Shown here: positions 50,240 to 64,000 of the stretch, in pieces
How the letters are laid out: the number at the start of each line of letters is the position of its first letter
Position numbering within the stretch: the first letter of the stretch is position 1
NCBI RefSeq assembly: GCF_000315625.1
Contig: NW_005434539.1
Coordinates: forward strand, 65,263-129,262
Source of the DNA: Guillardia theta CCMP2712
Taxonomy: Eukaryota; Protista; Cryptophyta
DNA length: 64,000 nucleotides
Direction of reading: 5' to 3'
Notes under the pieces: generated by a model
What the model was told of the DNA's origin: nothing
Seen by the model: only the letters and a program-made list of their open reading frames with translations
The model's database searches: none
Position numbers and translations under genes: made by a program

Positions 50240-51400
50240 CGGCGGGCGGCGGCCGGGCCGGGCCCGGAGGAGTCGATGCGAGTCGGACGGCCGCGGGCGT
50301 CACCGAGTCACTGACCGCCGGGCGGCCGGGCCGGGCCGGCACGGTTCACGGTTGCGGCGCCGCACTGCGGCCGCTGTACGGTCGGCGAGCCTCGGAGTCA
50401 CTGCACCGCCGAAGCACGGCCCCAGTTCCCGAGTCCGACGAGTCCGGTCCCACGGACCGTGTCGGGACGGTCCGACGGTCGGCCCGGACTCGCCGTCGAG
50501 GTAGTCCTGCGGCGGAGTCCGACTGCACTGAACTCCGGACTCGAATCACAAGTTGGGCTGGCCGCTGAACTTCACATTGAACAGTGGCCATCATGCGGCA
50601 TCGGATGCTGGCCTGACTCCGCCGCACGGCCGACTGTCCGCCGGGTCCGACACTCACGGTCACGGTGTGACAGACTCGGGGGCCGTGGCACGCGGCAGCC
50701 GCTGGCCGGGCACGGCAGCCGCTGTACCCGGTGACCGTCCGGTCGCGCGGCGCCGGCGGCCCGCGGCGAGCCTTCGGAATTCCGATCACGAGCCGCCTCA
50801 GTGCCACCGTTGTTCACCGTCCGAGGCAGGTTTGAAGTGAGAACAAAATAGCAAATATACTTCCGAGTTTACTTACTAATTCAAGTTAAGTTAAAGATCC
50901 GACGGGAGGGCCCGAGTACGGTACGAGGACAACTGTCAGGCCCTGAGAGTCGAGGAGGCTTGACCCTGACTCCAGTGACACTGTCGCACAGGCCACTGAA
51001 ACGGCGAGAAGAGAAAAGACAGTCACGGAGAACTTAACTCAAACCGTCCCAAGTTCGGCTGCCGGCCGGCGGTTGGCCGGGCCGCAACCGCCGGCCGGGC
51101 CGCGTCCCGGGCCGCCCCTTGCCGAAGCAAACTTGAAACTTTGAAATATGGCAATAATTCAGCCCGCTAGTAGTGCCAGCCTTGCCATGATGGAATGATC
51201 AGGGCCAAGATTTAACAAAGATCATCGATCGGATCGTCAAAGCCTGCCGTCCGAGTGTCCGGTATCGGAGCCTGGCACTGAAAACCGTGGCCCCGGCGGC
51301 TGGCAGTAACTTGCAGTGACGGTGGCAAGTAACCTTGAAAGAAGCCTTCAAGCGATGCTGTCACTGGCCAGCTGTGGCAGTCACGTAGCAACCGGCGGAA
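50240..51400. promoter_or_regulatory. GC/CpG-rich palindrome-dense island upstream of the amino acid transporter
   Basis: Composition and position. Function inferred. Confidence 0.35.
50870..51033 (-). mobile_element. Dispersed retroposon-like repeat copy, heavily interrupted by micro-insertions
   Basis: aagttaagttaaa...gtacgaggacaa...gagagtcgaggaggcttgaccctgac...acactgtcgcacaggcca...aaacggcgagaagagaaaagacag aligns to 56626-56745. Confidence 0.75.
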
Positions 51401-51622
51401 AAAATCATCATGTTTCTAACAATTTCAGGCTTTCCTGGGTCCCTTGACTGCAAATATGATGATGCAGCCTGATCACTTGGTAGTAAGATCCATAACAGTT
51501 GTGTCGACTGACACCTGAGTCTGTCCAGGCACTTTAACCTTCAGGTTCTCGAGCTGCAGCTTGAAGAACAAGAAGAATGTGACTCTTGACTTGAAAATTT
51601 GATTCCATAGCACTCTTCTCTT

Positions 51623-52231
51623 CTATGCCCGCGTGCCATCCCTTCCTCCGTCCCCTCCCTCCACCATGCGCTGTATACCTCTCCCCTCGCACACCCCCGT
51701 CTCCTCGCTCAGCCCTCCTCCCTCCGCTCCCTCCGCTCTCCTGCTCTCTTCCTCCATCCTCGCGCTCGTCGCAGCGTCGCCCTTGCGGAAGTACCTCCGG
51801 ACTCTCGGGCGCCCGTCCTTGGAGCCCACGGGCCTCCCCGGCCCTGCCCGGCGTCTCGCCGGCCTCTGCGCCAGCTCCTCTGCCGTCCACAGCGCCGTCG
51901 TCGCTCGCGTCCACGTCCGCCGGCTCCAGACGTCTCGCACGGTCTTGGGGCTTGTGCCGTACTGGAGGGCGACCTCAGCGCTTCGCCGGGAGAGGGAGAG
52001 CTTGTCGAAGGGGGGGGGAGGCTTTTCGCGGTAGATCTTGTAGGCGAGGTCGGCAGTGAGGACGCGGGGGCGGAAGAAGCCTTGGGGAGGCTGCGGGAGG
52101 GGAGGGGGACTGGGGTCTTGGGTGTGGAGCATGCCGGGAGGTCTGGGGAAGGGATGAAGGGGAGGAGGAGGAGTCTTGCTGACGAGCTGCATGCTTGCAG
52201 AAGTAACAGGTATCTGACAGGTCTTGGTCAT
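51623..52231 (-). CDS. HTH-like + AT-hook putative DNA-binding protein, paralogue 1 of 3
   Basis: RVLTADLAYKIY...SAEVALQYGTSPKTVRDVWSRRTWTRAT..LW plus PGRPVGSKDGRPRVRR. Core nearly identical to the other two copies. Confidence 0.7.
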   Translation of the reverse strand: MTKTCQIPVTSASMQLVSKTPPPPLHPFPRPPGMLHTQDPSPPPLPQPPQGFFRPRVLTADLAYKIYREKPPPPFDKLSLSRRSAEVALQYGTSPKTVRDVWSRRTWTRATTALWTAEELAQRPARRRAGPGRPVGSKDGRPRVRRYFRKGDAATSARMEEESRRAEGAEGGGLSEETGVCEGRGIQRMVEGGDGGRDGTRA

Positions 52232-52796
52232 CTTTGGTGGTGGCGTTATCCAATTTTTGCTGATTGAGCAATGATAACAGTTTTTGCAAGGAAAAATTAG
52301 TAGCCTTGTTATGTTGATTGGTTTGTCTTGTCACTCAGCAGATTCTCTTATTACATGATGGTGCATACTGAACGAGTTTCCATCGACATCTTGAAAGGCG
52401 GTGATAGATAGGGGATGCAAGCTCGGGAACCTGATGCAGAGGCGGGGACAATCTCTAAGAAAAAAAAAAAGGTCGGTATCGTGACATAAAAAATTAATAT
52501 TTTTCGTATTCGAAAAGTTTTTGTTTCCATGGGGATAATTGGCCCTCTTAAAGTTTTTTTTTGTCATGGAACAGAACCACTTTGTTCCGAGAGCTGTAGA
52601 CTATGTGTTCTCGTTTTAGTTCAACAACATGACACTCAACAAGTGAACCAAGACAGAATCATAGAAGAACTAAAGATTAACGTCTCCCTGGCTCGCTTTC
52701 GAAGTAAAGCATCAAGTTGAACTCGCCAGACGCAGAAATCTACTATTGGACGTCGATCGTTTGTGCATCAATGATTCTCATAATGTTTACTCAAAT

Positions 52797-53633
52797 TCAT
52801 GTATGAATGCAACAAACCTTCTGTTTGAAATCAGTCTGAGTGACCTCTGGTCCAGCGAATAGTCCACCAAGTTCCCACACCTCCATCCCACGATGCTCAG
52901 CGTGCTCCATCTCCTCTCCTGCTCTAAAACATCTTCCTTCCATACCTTCTGTTCTTATCCCATTCCCCAGAATCAACGCCCTTGAGGCGTTCATCACTCC
53001 TCCCACGTATCCTTCCCTTCTCTCTCCAAGTGCCCTCCCTTCCTCCGTCCCCTCCCTCCACCAAGCGCTGTATACCTCTCCCCTCGCACACCCCGTCTCC
53101 TCGCTCAGCCCTCCTCCCTCCGCTCCCTCCGCTCTCCTGCTCTCTTCCTCCATCCTCGCGCTCGTCGCAGCGTCGCCCTTGCGGAAGTACCTCCGGACTC
53201 TCGGGCGCCCGTCCTTGGAGCCCACGGGCCTCCCCGGCCCTGCCCGGCGTCTCGCCGGCCTCTGCGCCAGCTCCTCTGCCGTCCACAGCGCCGTCGTCGC
53301 TCGCGTCCACGTCCGCCGGCTCCAGACGTCTCGCACGGTCTTGGGGCTCGTGCCGTACTGGAGGGCGACCTCGGCGCTTCGCCGGGAGAGGGAGAGCTTG
53401 TCGAAGGGGGGGGGAGGCTTTTCGCGGTAGATCTTGTAGGCGAGGTCGGCAGTGAGGACGCGGGGGCGGAAGAAGCCTTGGGGAGGCTGCGGGAGGGGAG
53501 GGCGACAGGCTGACGGGGCGAGGTCTTGGGTGTGGAGCATGTCGGGAGGTCTGGGGAAAGGGAGGGGTTGGGGGGGGAAGGGATTGGTGTGGAGCATGAG
53601 AGAGGGATCAAGGGCTGGAGGGGTAGATGGCAT
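52797..53633 (-). CDS. HTH-like + AT-hook putative DNA-binding protein, paralogue 2 of 3
   Basis: Same ~135-aa core. A small indel after EETG switches the C-terminal frame. Confidence 0.7.
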   Translation of the reverse strand: MPSTPPALDPSLMLHTNPFPPQPLPFPRPPDMLHTQDLAPSACRPPLPQPPQGFFRPRVLTADLAYKIYREKPPPPFDKLSLSRRSAEVALQYGTSPKTVRDVWSRRTWTRATTALWTAEELAQRPARRRAGPGRPVGSKDGRPRVRRYFRKGDAATSARMEEESRRAEGAEGGGLSEETGCARGEVYSAWWREGTEEGRALGERREGYVGGVMNASRALILGNGIRTEGMEGRCFRAGEEMEHAEHRGMEVWELGGLFAGPEVTQTDFKQKVCCIHT

Positions 53634-54817
53634 GGGGTAGACGCAAGGTGTGAGGAGGGAAGGGAGGTGGTAGAGGAGTGTGGAAGTCGAGGAACTGCAC
53701 CAGGGTAAATCTTGTCTGAGGGGAGGGGGGGGGAGGGGGGATAGGGATTAAAAGGGCCAGCTGTCGAGTTTTGCCTATCAATCGCAACGGTTGGTCCCAG
53801 TTGGTCACCTGACTCGCTGCTCTGCCAATTCCGTTACGATATACCGTCGATACCGTTACATCTCCCATCCAAAAAGAGCGATTTCAAACGACGAGCAATA
53901 CTGTTTCCGACGAAGAAGTTTGCGTCAGAATGAGAAGGATGTACAACAAAATGGCGCGCAGAGCTGGCTGCTGCTAAAATGCAAGGCACGTTTGGAGTCC
54001 TACGCTGAGATATGGTCAGTGAACAGCAGATTTCATGTCATCAGCTGTGTAGGAGTCAGAGGATATGATGGAGGAAGTTGATAGAAAGTATTTCTACGAT
54101 CTCTGGTGCAATCGAACGCAATAGGAAAGAGGGTCTGTGCTTAACAATCAGACTTAAACTCTTGAGTCTTGTAGATCTGCAATACATCAGCACCAGCTAA
54201 GGTTGCTTGAACGTCATTCCTGCTCTCATCACGTTTACTCTGCTCTGACTTCTCCTCAATTACATGCAGATAGCAAAGCTGCTTCATCTTGAAACTTAAA
54301 CTTATTGTTAATAATTGCTATTCCTTCTTGCTGTAGCATTGCCAGGCCGTGTACATGATCATCTGACTTCAAGTTAGCAACCTGTCAACTTTGGAGGTGT
54401 CATTTACTTCAAGGAAACGTAGTGGTGTGTATTCGCTCCATCGCAGCAGGTTGTAATCTGGTTGGCATTCACTTAGCATTGGAGTTGAGAAAACAACCCT
54501 GGCTTCAGACTAGGAGTGATCCTGATTTGATTGCAGGTCCACAAGCAGCGCTGCATATTTTTGAATGTGCTCTACTTGAGCATGATTTTTGTCTCTTGAC
54601 GAGGTTTTGTGGGGCAAATGAACATACCTGGTTGAGAGTTGAGTGGAGATACACTGAAACGATATGATCAATGTTCTCGTATTTCTTATAACATAAAACT
54701 TGAAATTGGTAGGCAGTCTCGGTTCCTTCCTGAAAGATAACCCCCTTCCCAGGTAAATACTGTTGCACCGCATCAGTTGGCCAGTGAAAAAAATGTAAAA
54801 CAAGAGTAACGGATGCT

Positions 54818-55498
54818 CTAAGACAAGGAATCTCCCCGCTGCTCATCCTTTACATGACCTCTGGCCTTAACACCTTGATCTCTCATTCTCCGCACGCCGT
54901 CCCTTCCTCCGTCCCCTCCCACCACCATGTGCTGCATACCTCTCCCCTCGCACACCCCCGTCTCCTCGCTCAGCCCTCCTCCCTCCGCTCCCTCCGCTCT
55001 CCTGCTCTCTTCCTCCATCCTCGCGCTCGTCGCAGCGTCGCCCTTGCGGAAGTACCTCCGGACTCTCGGGCGCCCGTCCTTGGAGCCCACGGGCCTCCCC
55101 GGCCCTGCCCGGCGTCTCGCCGGCCTCTGCGCCAGCTCCTCTGCCGTCCACAGCGCCGTCGTCGCTCGCGTCCACGTCCGCCGGCTCCAGACGTCTCGCA
55201 CGGTCTTGGGGCTTGTGCCGTACTGGAGGGCGACCTCAGCGCTTCGCCGGGAGAGGGAGAGCTTGTCGAAGAGGGGGGGAGGCTTCTCGCGGTAGATCTT
55301 GTAGGCGAGGTCGGCAGTGAGGACGCGGGGGCGGAAGAAGCCTTGGGGAGGCTGCGGGAGGGGAGGGCGACAGGCGGACAGGGAAGGGTCTTGGGTGTGG
55401 AGCATGTCGGGAGCTCTGGGGAAAGGGAGGGGTTGGGGGGGGAAGGGATCGGTGTGGAGCATGAGAGAGGGATCAAGGCTTGGAGGGGTAGATGGCAT
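54818..55498 (-). CDS. HTH-like + AT-hook putative DNA-binding protein, paralogue 3 of 3
   Basis: Same core. The N-terminus MPSTPP is shared with copy 2 (the ORF track extends it to 55609). Confidence 0.7.
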   Translation of the reverse strand: MPSTPPSLDPSLMLHTDPFPPQPLPFPRAPDMLHTQDPSLSACRPPLPQPPQGFFRPRVLTADLAYKIYREKPPPLFDKLSLSRRSAEVALQYGTSPKTVRDVWSRRTWTRATTALWTAEELAQRPARRRAGPGRPVGSKDGRPRVRRYFRKGDAATSARMEEESRRAEGAEGGGLSEETGVCEGRGMQHMVVGGDGGRDGVRRMRDQGVKARGHVKDEQRGDSLS

Positions 55499-55739
55499 GG
55501 GGTAGACGCAAGGTGTGAGGAGGGAAGGGAGGTGGTTGAGGAGTGTGGAGGAGAGGAGAGGTTGCTTGGTGTAAGCCGAGGGGCAAAGAGCCCAAGGGCG
55601 CTGAGCCAAAAAAAAGGGGGGGGACTAAAAGGAGTGGGGGGACGGACCTTACGAAAAGGAGCTTTTTGGTGAGTTGAAAGGGCCAGCAATTTTCGGCTAC
55701 AACTCTTTTTGCACGTCTGTAGTAAAAGGGCCAGGTTAC

Positions 55740-56620
55740 CGTGATAGACGATCCGATCTGACTGCCAGGCTGGCTTCAACTGTCAGTCTCAATTTAGCTA
55801 CACTAAAAAAAACCTCAGTAGCCCGCACCTTTCAACCTGGCAAGTTTCGAGTTTGTCCCGAAGTGACGGTCAGTCAGTGGCCAGTGCAGTGGGCGGGCCC
55901 AGGCTCAGCTGGCTCACAGTCACCGGGTCCGTCCGATCAACGTGGCACCCCCGGCGGACGATCGGACAGACCGTATCATACAGTAGTATGGCCGCCGGGC
56001 GGCGGGCCACCCGGCCCCCATTTGCCGCAGCCTCGGCAGTGCACTGCAGGCTGGGACGTGACGCCCGGCCGTTCAAGTCCGCCGGTCCGGGCCGGGCCGA
56101 TCCGTACTGTACCGTACTCACGGTAGTACTTCCGAGTCAAGTTCCGGCGCCGCACTGGCAAGTCCGGTGGTCCGATCGAGCTTCCGATTAGGCTACTGTC
56201 AGTGTGTGCCACGGTGCCCGGCCAGGACACGGACCGTACGGTCCCCCGGCCCCCGGTAAGCTTGACAGTGACTCACTGTCAGGTCCTAGCCTCCCCGCGG
56301 CCGGGCCGCCGCCCTCGGCGCCGCGACCGGCCCGGGGCCGGCCGCGGGGGGCAAACCCGGAGCCGGCGGCCCGGGGCGGCGGCCCCCCGGCCCCCCCGTC
56401 ACGGCGTCCTGGGCCGGCCCGGGCTCCTCGCGGCCGCGGCGAGTCGGATCGGACTCCGGGACTCCTGCCGGGCAGGGAACGCCGGTCACTGCCGTGCCCT
56501 GGCCGGGCCCGGTACGGTACTGGTAGGCTTGGTCACCTGGCTCGCGGCCCGCCCAACTGGCAAAGCGGCCTGAAGCCGGGTCCGAGTGTGACCCGGCCCT
56601 GACGGTACGACGGTACAGTA
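55740..56620. promoter_or_regulatory. GC/CpG-rich palindrome-dense island between divergent genes
   Basis: Composition and position. Function inferred. Confidence 0.35.
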
Positions 56621-56625
56621 CGGAT

Positions 56626-56874
56626 CTTCTTTACTCAAAGTTAAGTTAAAAATCAGTACGAGGACAATAATGAGAGTCGAGGAGGCTTGACCCTGACACT
56701 GTCGCACAGGCCAAACGGCGAGAAGGGAAAAGACAGCGAGAACCAAACCAGGATACTATCACTAGTGTCGGACAAATTGATTACTGGCCAGAAGTTGGGG
56801 ATGAGGGCTACACTGCTTGTCAACGGAAATGCCTGCGATCGAGCCGTTCGACCGACCGCAAGGTGACGTCCGAT

Positions 56875-56875
<1 letters not shown>
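56626..56875 (-). mobile_element. Longest and cleanest copy of the dispersed retroposon-like repeat (right boundary uncertain)
   Basis: ttctttactcaaagttaagttaaaaatcagtacgaggacaataatgagagtcgaggaggcttgaccctgacactgtcgcacaggccaaacggcgagaagggaaaagacagcgagaaccaaacc... is shared with four other loci up to ~56750. Confidence 0.8.
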
Positions 56876-56905
<30 letters not shown>

Positions 56906-57062
56906 CGAAGCCTTCTCCTGCTCCTGCTCCTGCCGAAGCCTTCTCCTGCTCCTGCTCCTGCTCCTGCCGAAGCCTTCTCCTGCTCCTGCTCCTGCCGAAG
57001 CCTTCTCCTGCTCCTGCTCCTGCTCCTGCCGAAGCCTTCTCCTGCTCCTTCTCCTGCTCCTT

Positions 57063-57093
<31 letters not shown>

Positions 57094-57300
57094 CGAAGCC
57101 TTCTCCTGCTCCTTCTCCTGCTCCTTCTCCTGCTCCTTCTCCTGCTCCTTCTCCTTCTCCTTCTCCTTCTCCTTCTCCTTCTCCTTCTCCTTCTCCTGCT
57201 CCTTCTTCTTCTCCTCCTCCTTCTCCTGCTCTTTTTCCTTCCGAGTCCTGCTCCTGCCCCTGCCCCTGCCCCTGCCCCTGCCCCTGCCCCTGCCCCTGCC
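56876..57300 (+). repeat. Compound microsatellite/minisatellite (CTCCTG)n + CCGAAGCCTT, (CTCCTT)n, (CCCCTG)n
   Basis: Direct tandem repeats with a recurring ccgaagcctt spacer. Confidence 0.9.
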
Positions 57301-57519
57301 CACAGTTCTTCTGCTCCATATCCTGATCAACCCTTTTCCCACCCGCCACTCTCTCTTCCTAATTTCTCCTCCTGTCGCCCCAAGTCCTCTGATGATCTTC
57401 ATTGCTGCTCACCTTCCCCTCTTCCCTCCTGCTGTTATCTCGCCTTTGTCCTAACAGTCTCTTTCCTCATGTCTTTGCTTTCTGCACTCCGTACTCACTA
57501 CTTTGACGCACCTCGTTTC

Positions 57520-61624
<4,105 letters not shown>

Positions 61625-61682
61625 ATCATTCAACGTGTATCGAGGTGTATGAAGTTAGATTGATCTTGTCTTCTCCCCCCTG

Positions 61683-63048
61683 TCAGCACATGGAATGATC
61701 CGCGCTCTCACGCTTTCCCTCGGAGTCATCGGAATGAGACTTTTCGCTCAGCGTCCCGGCGTTTCTCTTCATGGCTCGTAGGATCTTGTTGATGTCGTTG
61801 AACTCCTGCTTGTCTCCGTTCTTCGCCTTCCCGTTGCCGACCTCAAGATCGTCCTCGGAGCCCGAGTCGTCCTTCTTCTTTCCCTTGCCCGACTTCTTCT
61901 TCTTTCCCTTGTTCTTCTTCTCACTCTCCGATTCGCTGCTGTGATGATCGTCGTCGTCGGCGCCTCCTCGATGCTTCCTCCTGTAGTCCCGCGCGTCTCC
62001 TTTCTTCTTCCTCTTCGGCCTCGAGTCATCCGACTCCTCGTCGCTCAACCTGATCCTGTCCTCTAGATGCGCCGGCGCCAGCTCCCACTTCTGCCTCCTC
62101 TTTGACTTCCTCACCGAGCCGATGACGCGTCCGAACATCCGGATGTTGACTTCATCGTTGGGGGGAGCATTCTTCTCATGGTTCAGCCCAAACGGATCGT
62201 CGGCCTCCGGCTTCTCCTGTCCTGGAAGGCATGCAGGGTCCCACTTCCCTTCCAACACGCCCCATGCCGTGCTCCACAGGATCACTCCGTAGGTGTTCTT
62301 GCAGAGCCCGTCGGCGAGGAGGTACAGGATAGCGCTCACGTTCTCATGAATGACGCAGACGCCAGTGGGGGATATCAGCCATACGATGGGGAACATGGTC
62401 CATGCGATGAAGAAGATGAGTCTGAGCATCTTGATTCTCACCACCACCTTCTGAGCCAGCGGAGTCCCCACGCTCTCAAACCCGTACAGCCCGACTTGAA
62501 AGATGGTGAAGACAACTGAGTACTCAAAGACCAGGCACGTGGCCCCGAAGAAGAAAAAGAGCCACTTCATGTACTCGGCGGGAGAGATAGTCGCCGTGAT
62601 TCCCATCACCACTCGGATGATGGAGGCTGCTTGCGCGATGGGATTCAACGGGATGCTCTTGTACTTCACCAGCGCCATGTTGCTGATCTGCCCGAGCATG
62701 ATAGGGCAAGTGCACAACCAGGATGCCATGCGCGACCAAGGAAAGAAGCGCCCGTCCCTCATCTGCAACGTGCCGTTTCCAGTAGAAGCGAGGGCATAGG
62801 TGATGCTTTCAACGAAGGGAAGGTAAACAGATTCCCATGGCACCTTCGGGGCTCGAGAGATCATAAAGATCGTCTGGCATCCGCTGACAACAGCCTGTCA
62901 ACAACCGTCATGCTCAAGGTCAAGCTCAAACATCTTTCAGTACCCAGACCAGCTGCAGCAATGAGACAAAGGTGCTGTCGATCCTTGACATGTTGTAACA
63001 TTCTGTATGCGTACTCGCCCATTCTCCATAAACGACTTGGCTTGCCAT
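61683..63048 (-). CDS. ACR2: Anion-conducting channelrhodopsin (light-gated chloride channel), 438 aa; exons 63048-62944 and 62894-61683
   Basis: Exon 1 (MASQVVYGEWASTHTECYNMSRIDSTFVSLLQLVW) is spliced over a 49-bp GT-AG intron to AVVSGCQTIFMISRAPKVPWE.... Seven TM helices. Helix 3 is RMASWLCTCP (Ser93 at the BR Asp85 position). Helix 7 is ADGLCKNTYG (Asp230, retinal Lys234). Glu64 lies in helix 2. The sequence matches my recollection of Guillardia theta GtACR2. Confidence 0.96.
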
Positions 63049-63624
63049 GGTGATACTGGTGCAAACGATCAGAAACGGTAATGAGGATCAGAAATTGGAG
63101 CAGAAACGAGGAAGGGGCATTCAAGTGAGCTGACAAGAGTTTCAAAACGAAATGATTGCAACTGCAAATGAAACCTCCTGGTGTATCACTTGTTGTAACA
63201 CTTATAGAGTGCCAACGTGAAACAAAACAACATCTCAAGAGCAGGAGTTTGCAAAATAACGATCTACGCAGACAGATTGATAACTTGGTTATATGCACAA
63301 GATCGTATGAGGAGGGAGGCTAATCAAAGGCATGTGCATCAACCTTATGCCTTACATGAGACATGAAGGCAGGGACGAAGAATTCGCAGACACATGCGTT
63401 AGTGGTACAGAGAGGAAGCTACGCTGGTAACATCGGAAACGATAGCAAGGCAAGGAAGGGGAAGAAGCAGAGAAAGCAAGGAGGCAAGCGAGGCAACGGA
63501 GGCAGTATGACGCATCAAGGTATCATCGTCAGAGAGCTTGCTAAGCGGTGAGGACATTGTTTGCAAGAAGCTCGAACGGCAAAGTGCACATTGCAGACGG
63601 AGGAAGGCAAGAAGGTCCGGCACT

Positions 63625-64000
63625 ATGGGAGTGTCCCGGGGTGGGTGGGTACTCCCAGTCCGTATCAGTGTGGGTGGTACCCCACCCCTATTCTGGGATG
63701 GCCCCTTTTCTGTATCCGTAGTACCCACCCCTTCTGCTATATTCTCACCCATATTAAAGAACCTCATACTGGTAGGGGTAGGGCAACCCATCAGTGTCGA
63801 CCCCCACCCACTCTCAGCCGATCCCACCGTCACTGACCGTCCGACGGTGGTGCCTCCACCACCCCTACCTCCCTGAACGGTGACAGACGACGGTGACCCA
63901 AAGATCCTACCACCGTCCTTCAAGCCCTACCCCAGGACTATCCCACAAGTACCCCCGGCCTATCCCCGTACGGTACAGTGGTTACCCCTGGTATGCCCCC
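63625..64000. repeat. G/C-run-rich (GGGTA/TACCC) segment upstream of the rhodopsin gene
   Basis: Same GGGTAC/GTACCC-dense composition as 6960-7770. No long exact match seen. Confidence 0.3.

Noticed and set aside
61683-62894. Interpreting the rhodopsin as a proton pump, halorhodopsin or enzyme rhodopsin
   Set aside because: It lacks the D85/D96 carboxylates, has the channel-type TCP cysteine, and its tail is low-complexity with no kinase, cyclase or PDE domain.
62861-63923. ORFs 62861-63298 and 63399-63923 as the N-terminus of the rhodopsin or as separate genes
   Set aside because: The true first exon (ATG 63048) is in another frame. These ORFs show no recognisable features.

Overview
A 64-kb piece of a compact, intron-rich eukaryotic nuclear genome, almost certainly the cryptophyte Guillardia theta. 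It has many ~45-60 bp GT-AG introns, other introns swollen by microsatellites, bipartite plastid-type leaders and three N gaps. The standout gene is a two-exon, 438-aa microbial rhodopsin at 63048-61683 (-). It has a non-carboxylic (Ser) residue at the Schiff-base proton-acceptor position, a channelrhodopsin-type TCP motif and a long charged C-terminal tail. This is a light-gated anion channelrhodopsin, which I recognise from memory as GtACR2, so it is remarkable but already described. Other genes: a myosin with an unusual IQ-SAH-DEP-DUF547 tail, ankyrin and TPR proteins, an ADAT2/TadA deaminase, ZIP, Rh/Amt and amino-acid transporters, an ARM protein, a PAS-like protein, a BRCT protein, a plastid-targeted rhodanese, an intron-containing piggyBac-derived gene lacking one catalytic Asp, and three tandem HTH+AT-hook paralogues. 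Non-coding structure includes a dispersed retroposon-like repeat (5 copies sharing one end, two with target-site duplications). There are also nine GC-rich, palindrome-saturated islands that mostly sit at gene 5' ends and appear to accumulate micro-insertions. Gene models were assembled by eye, so outer boundaries are approximate where stated.
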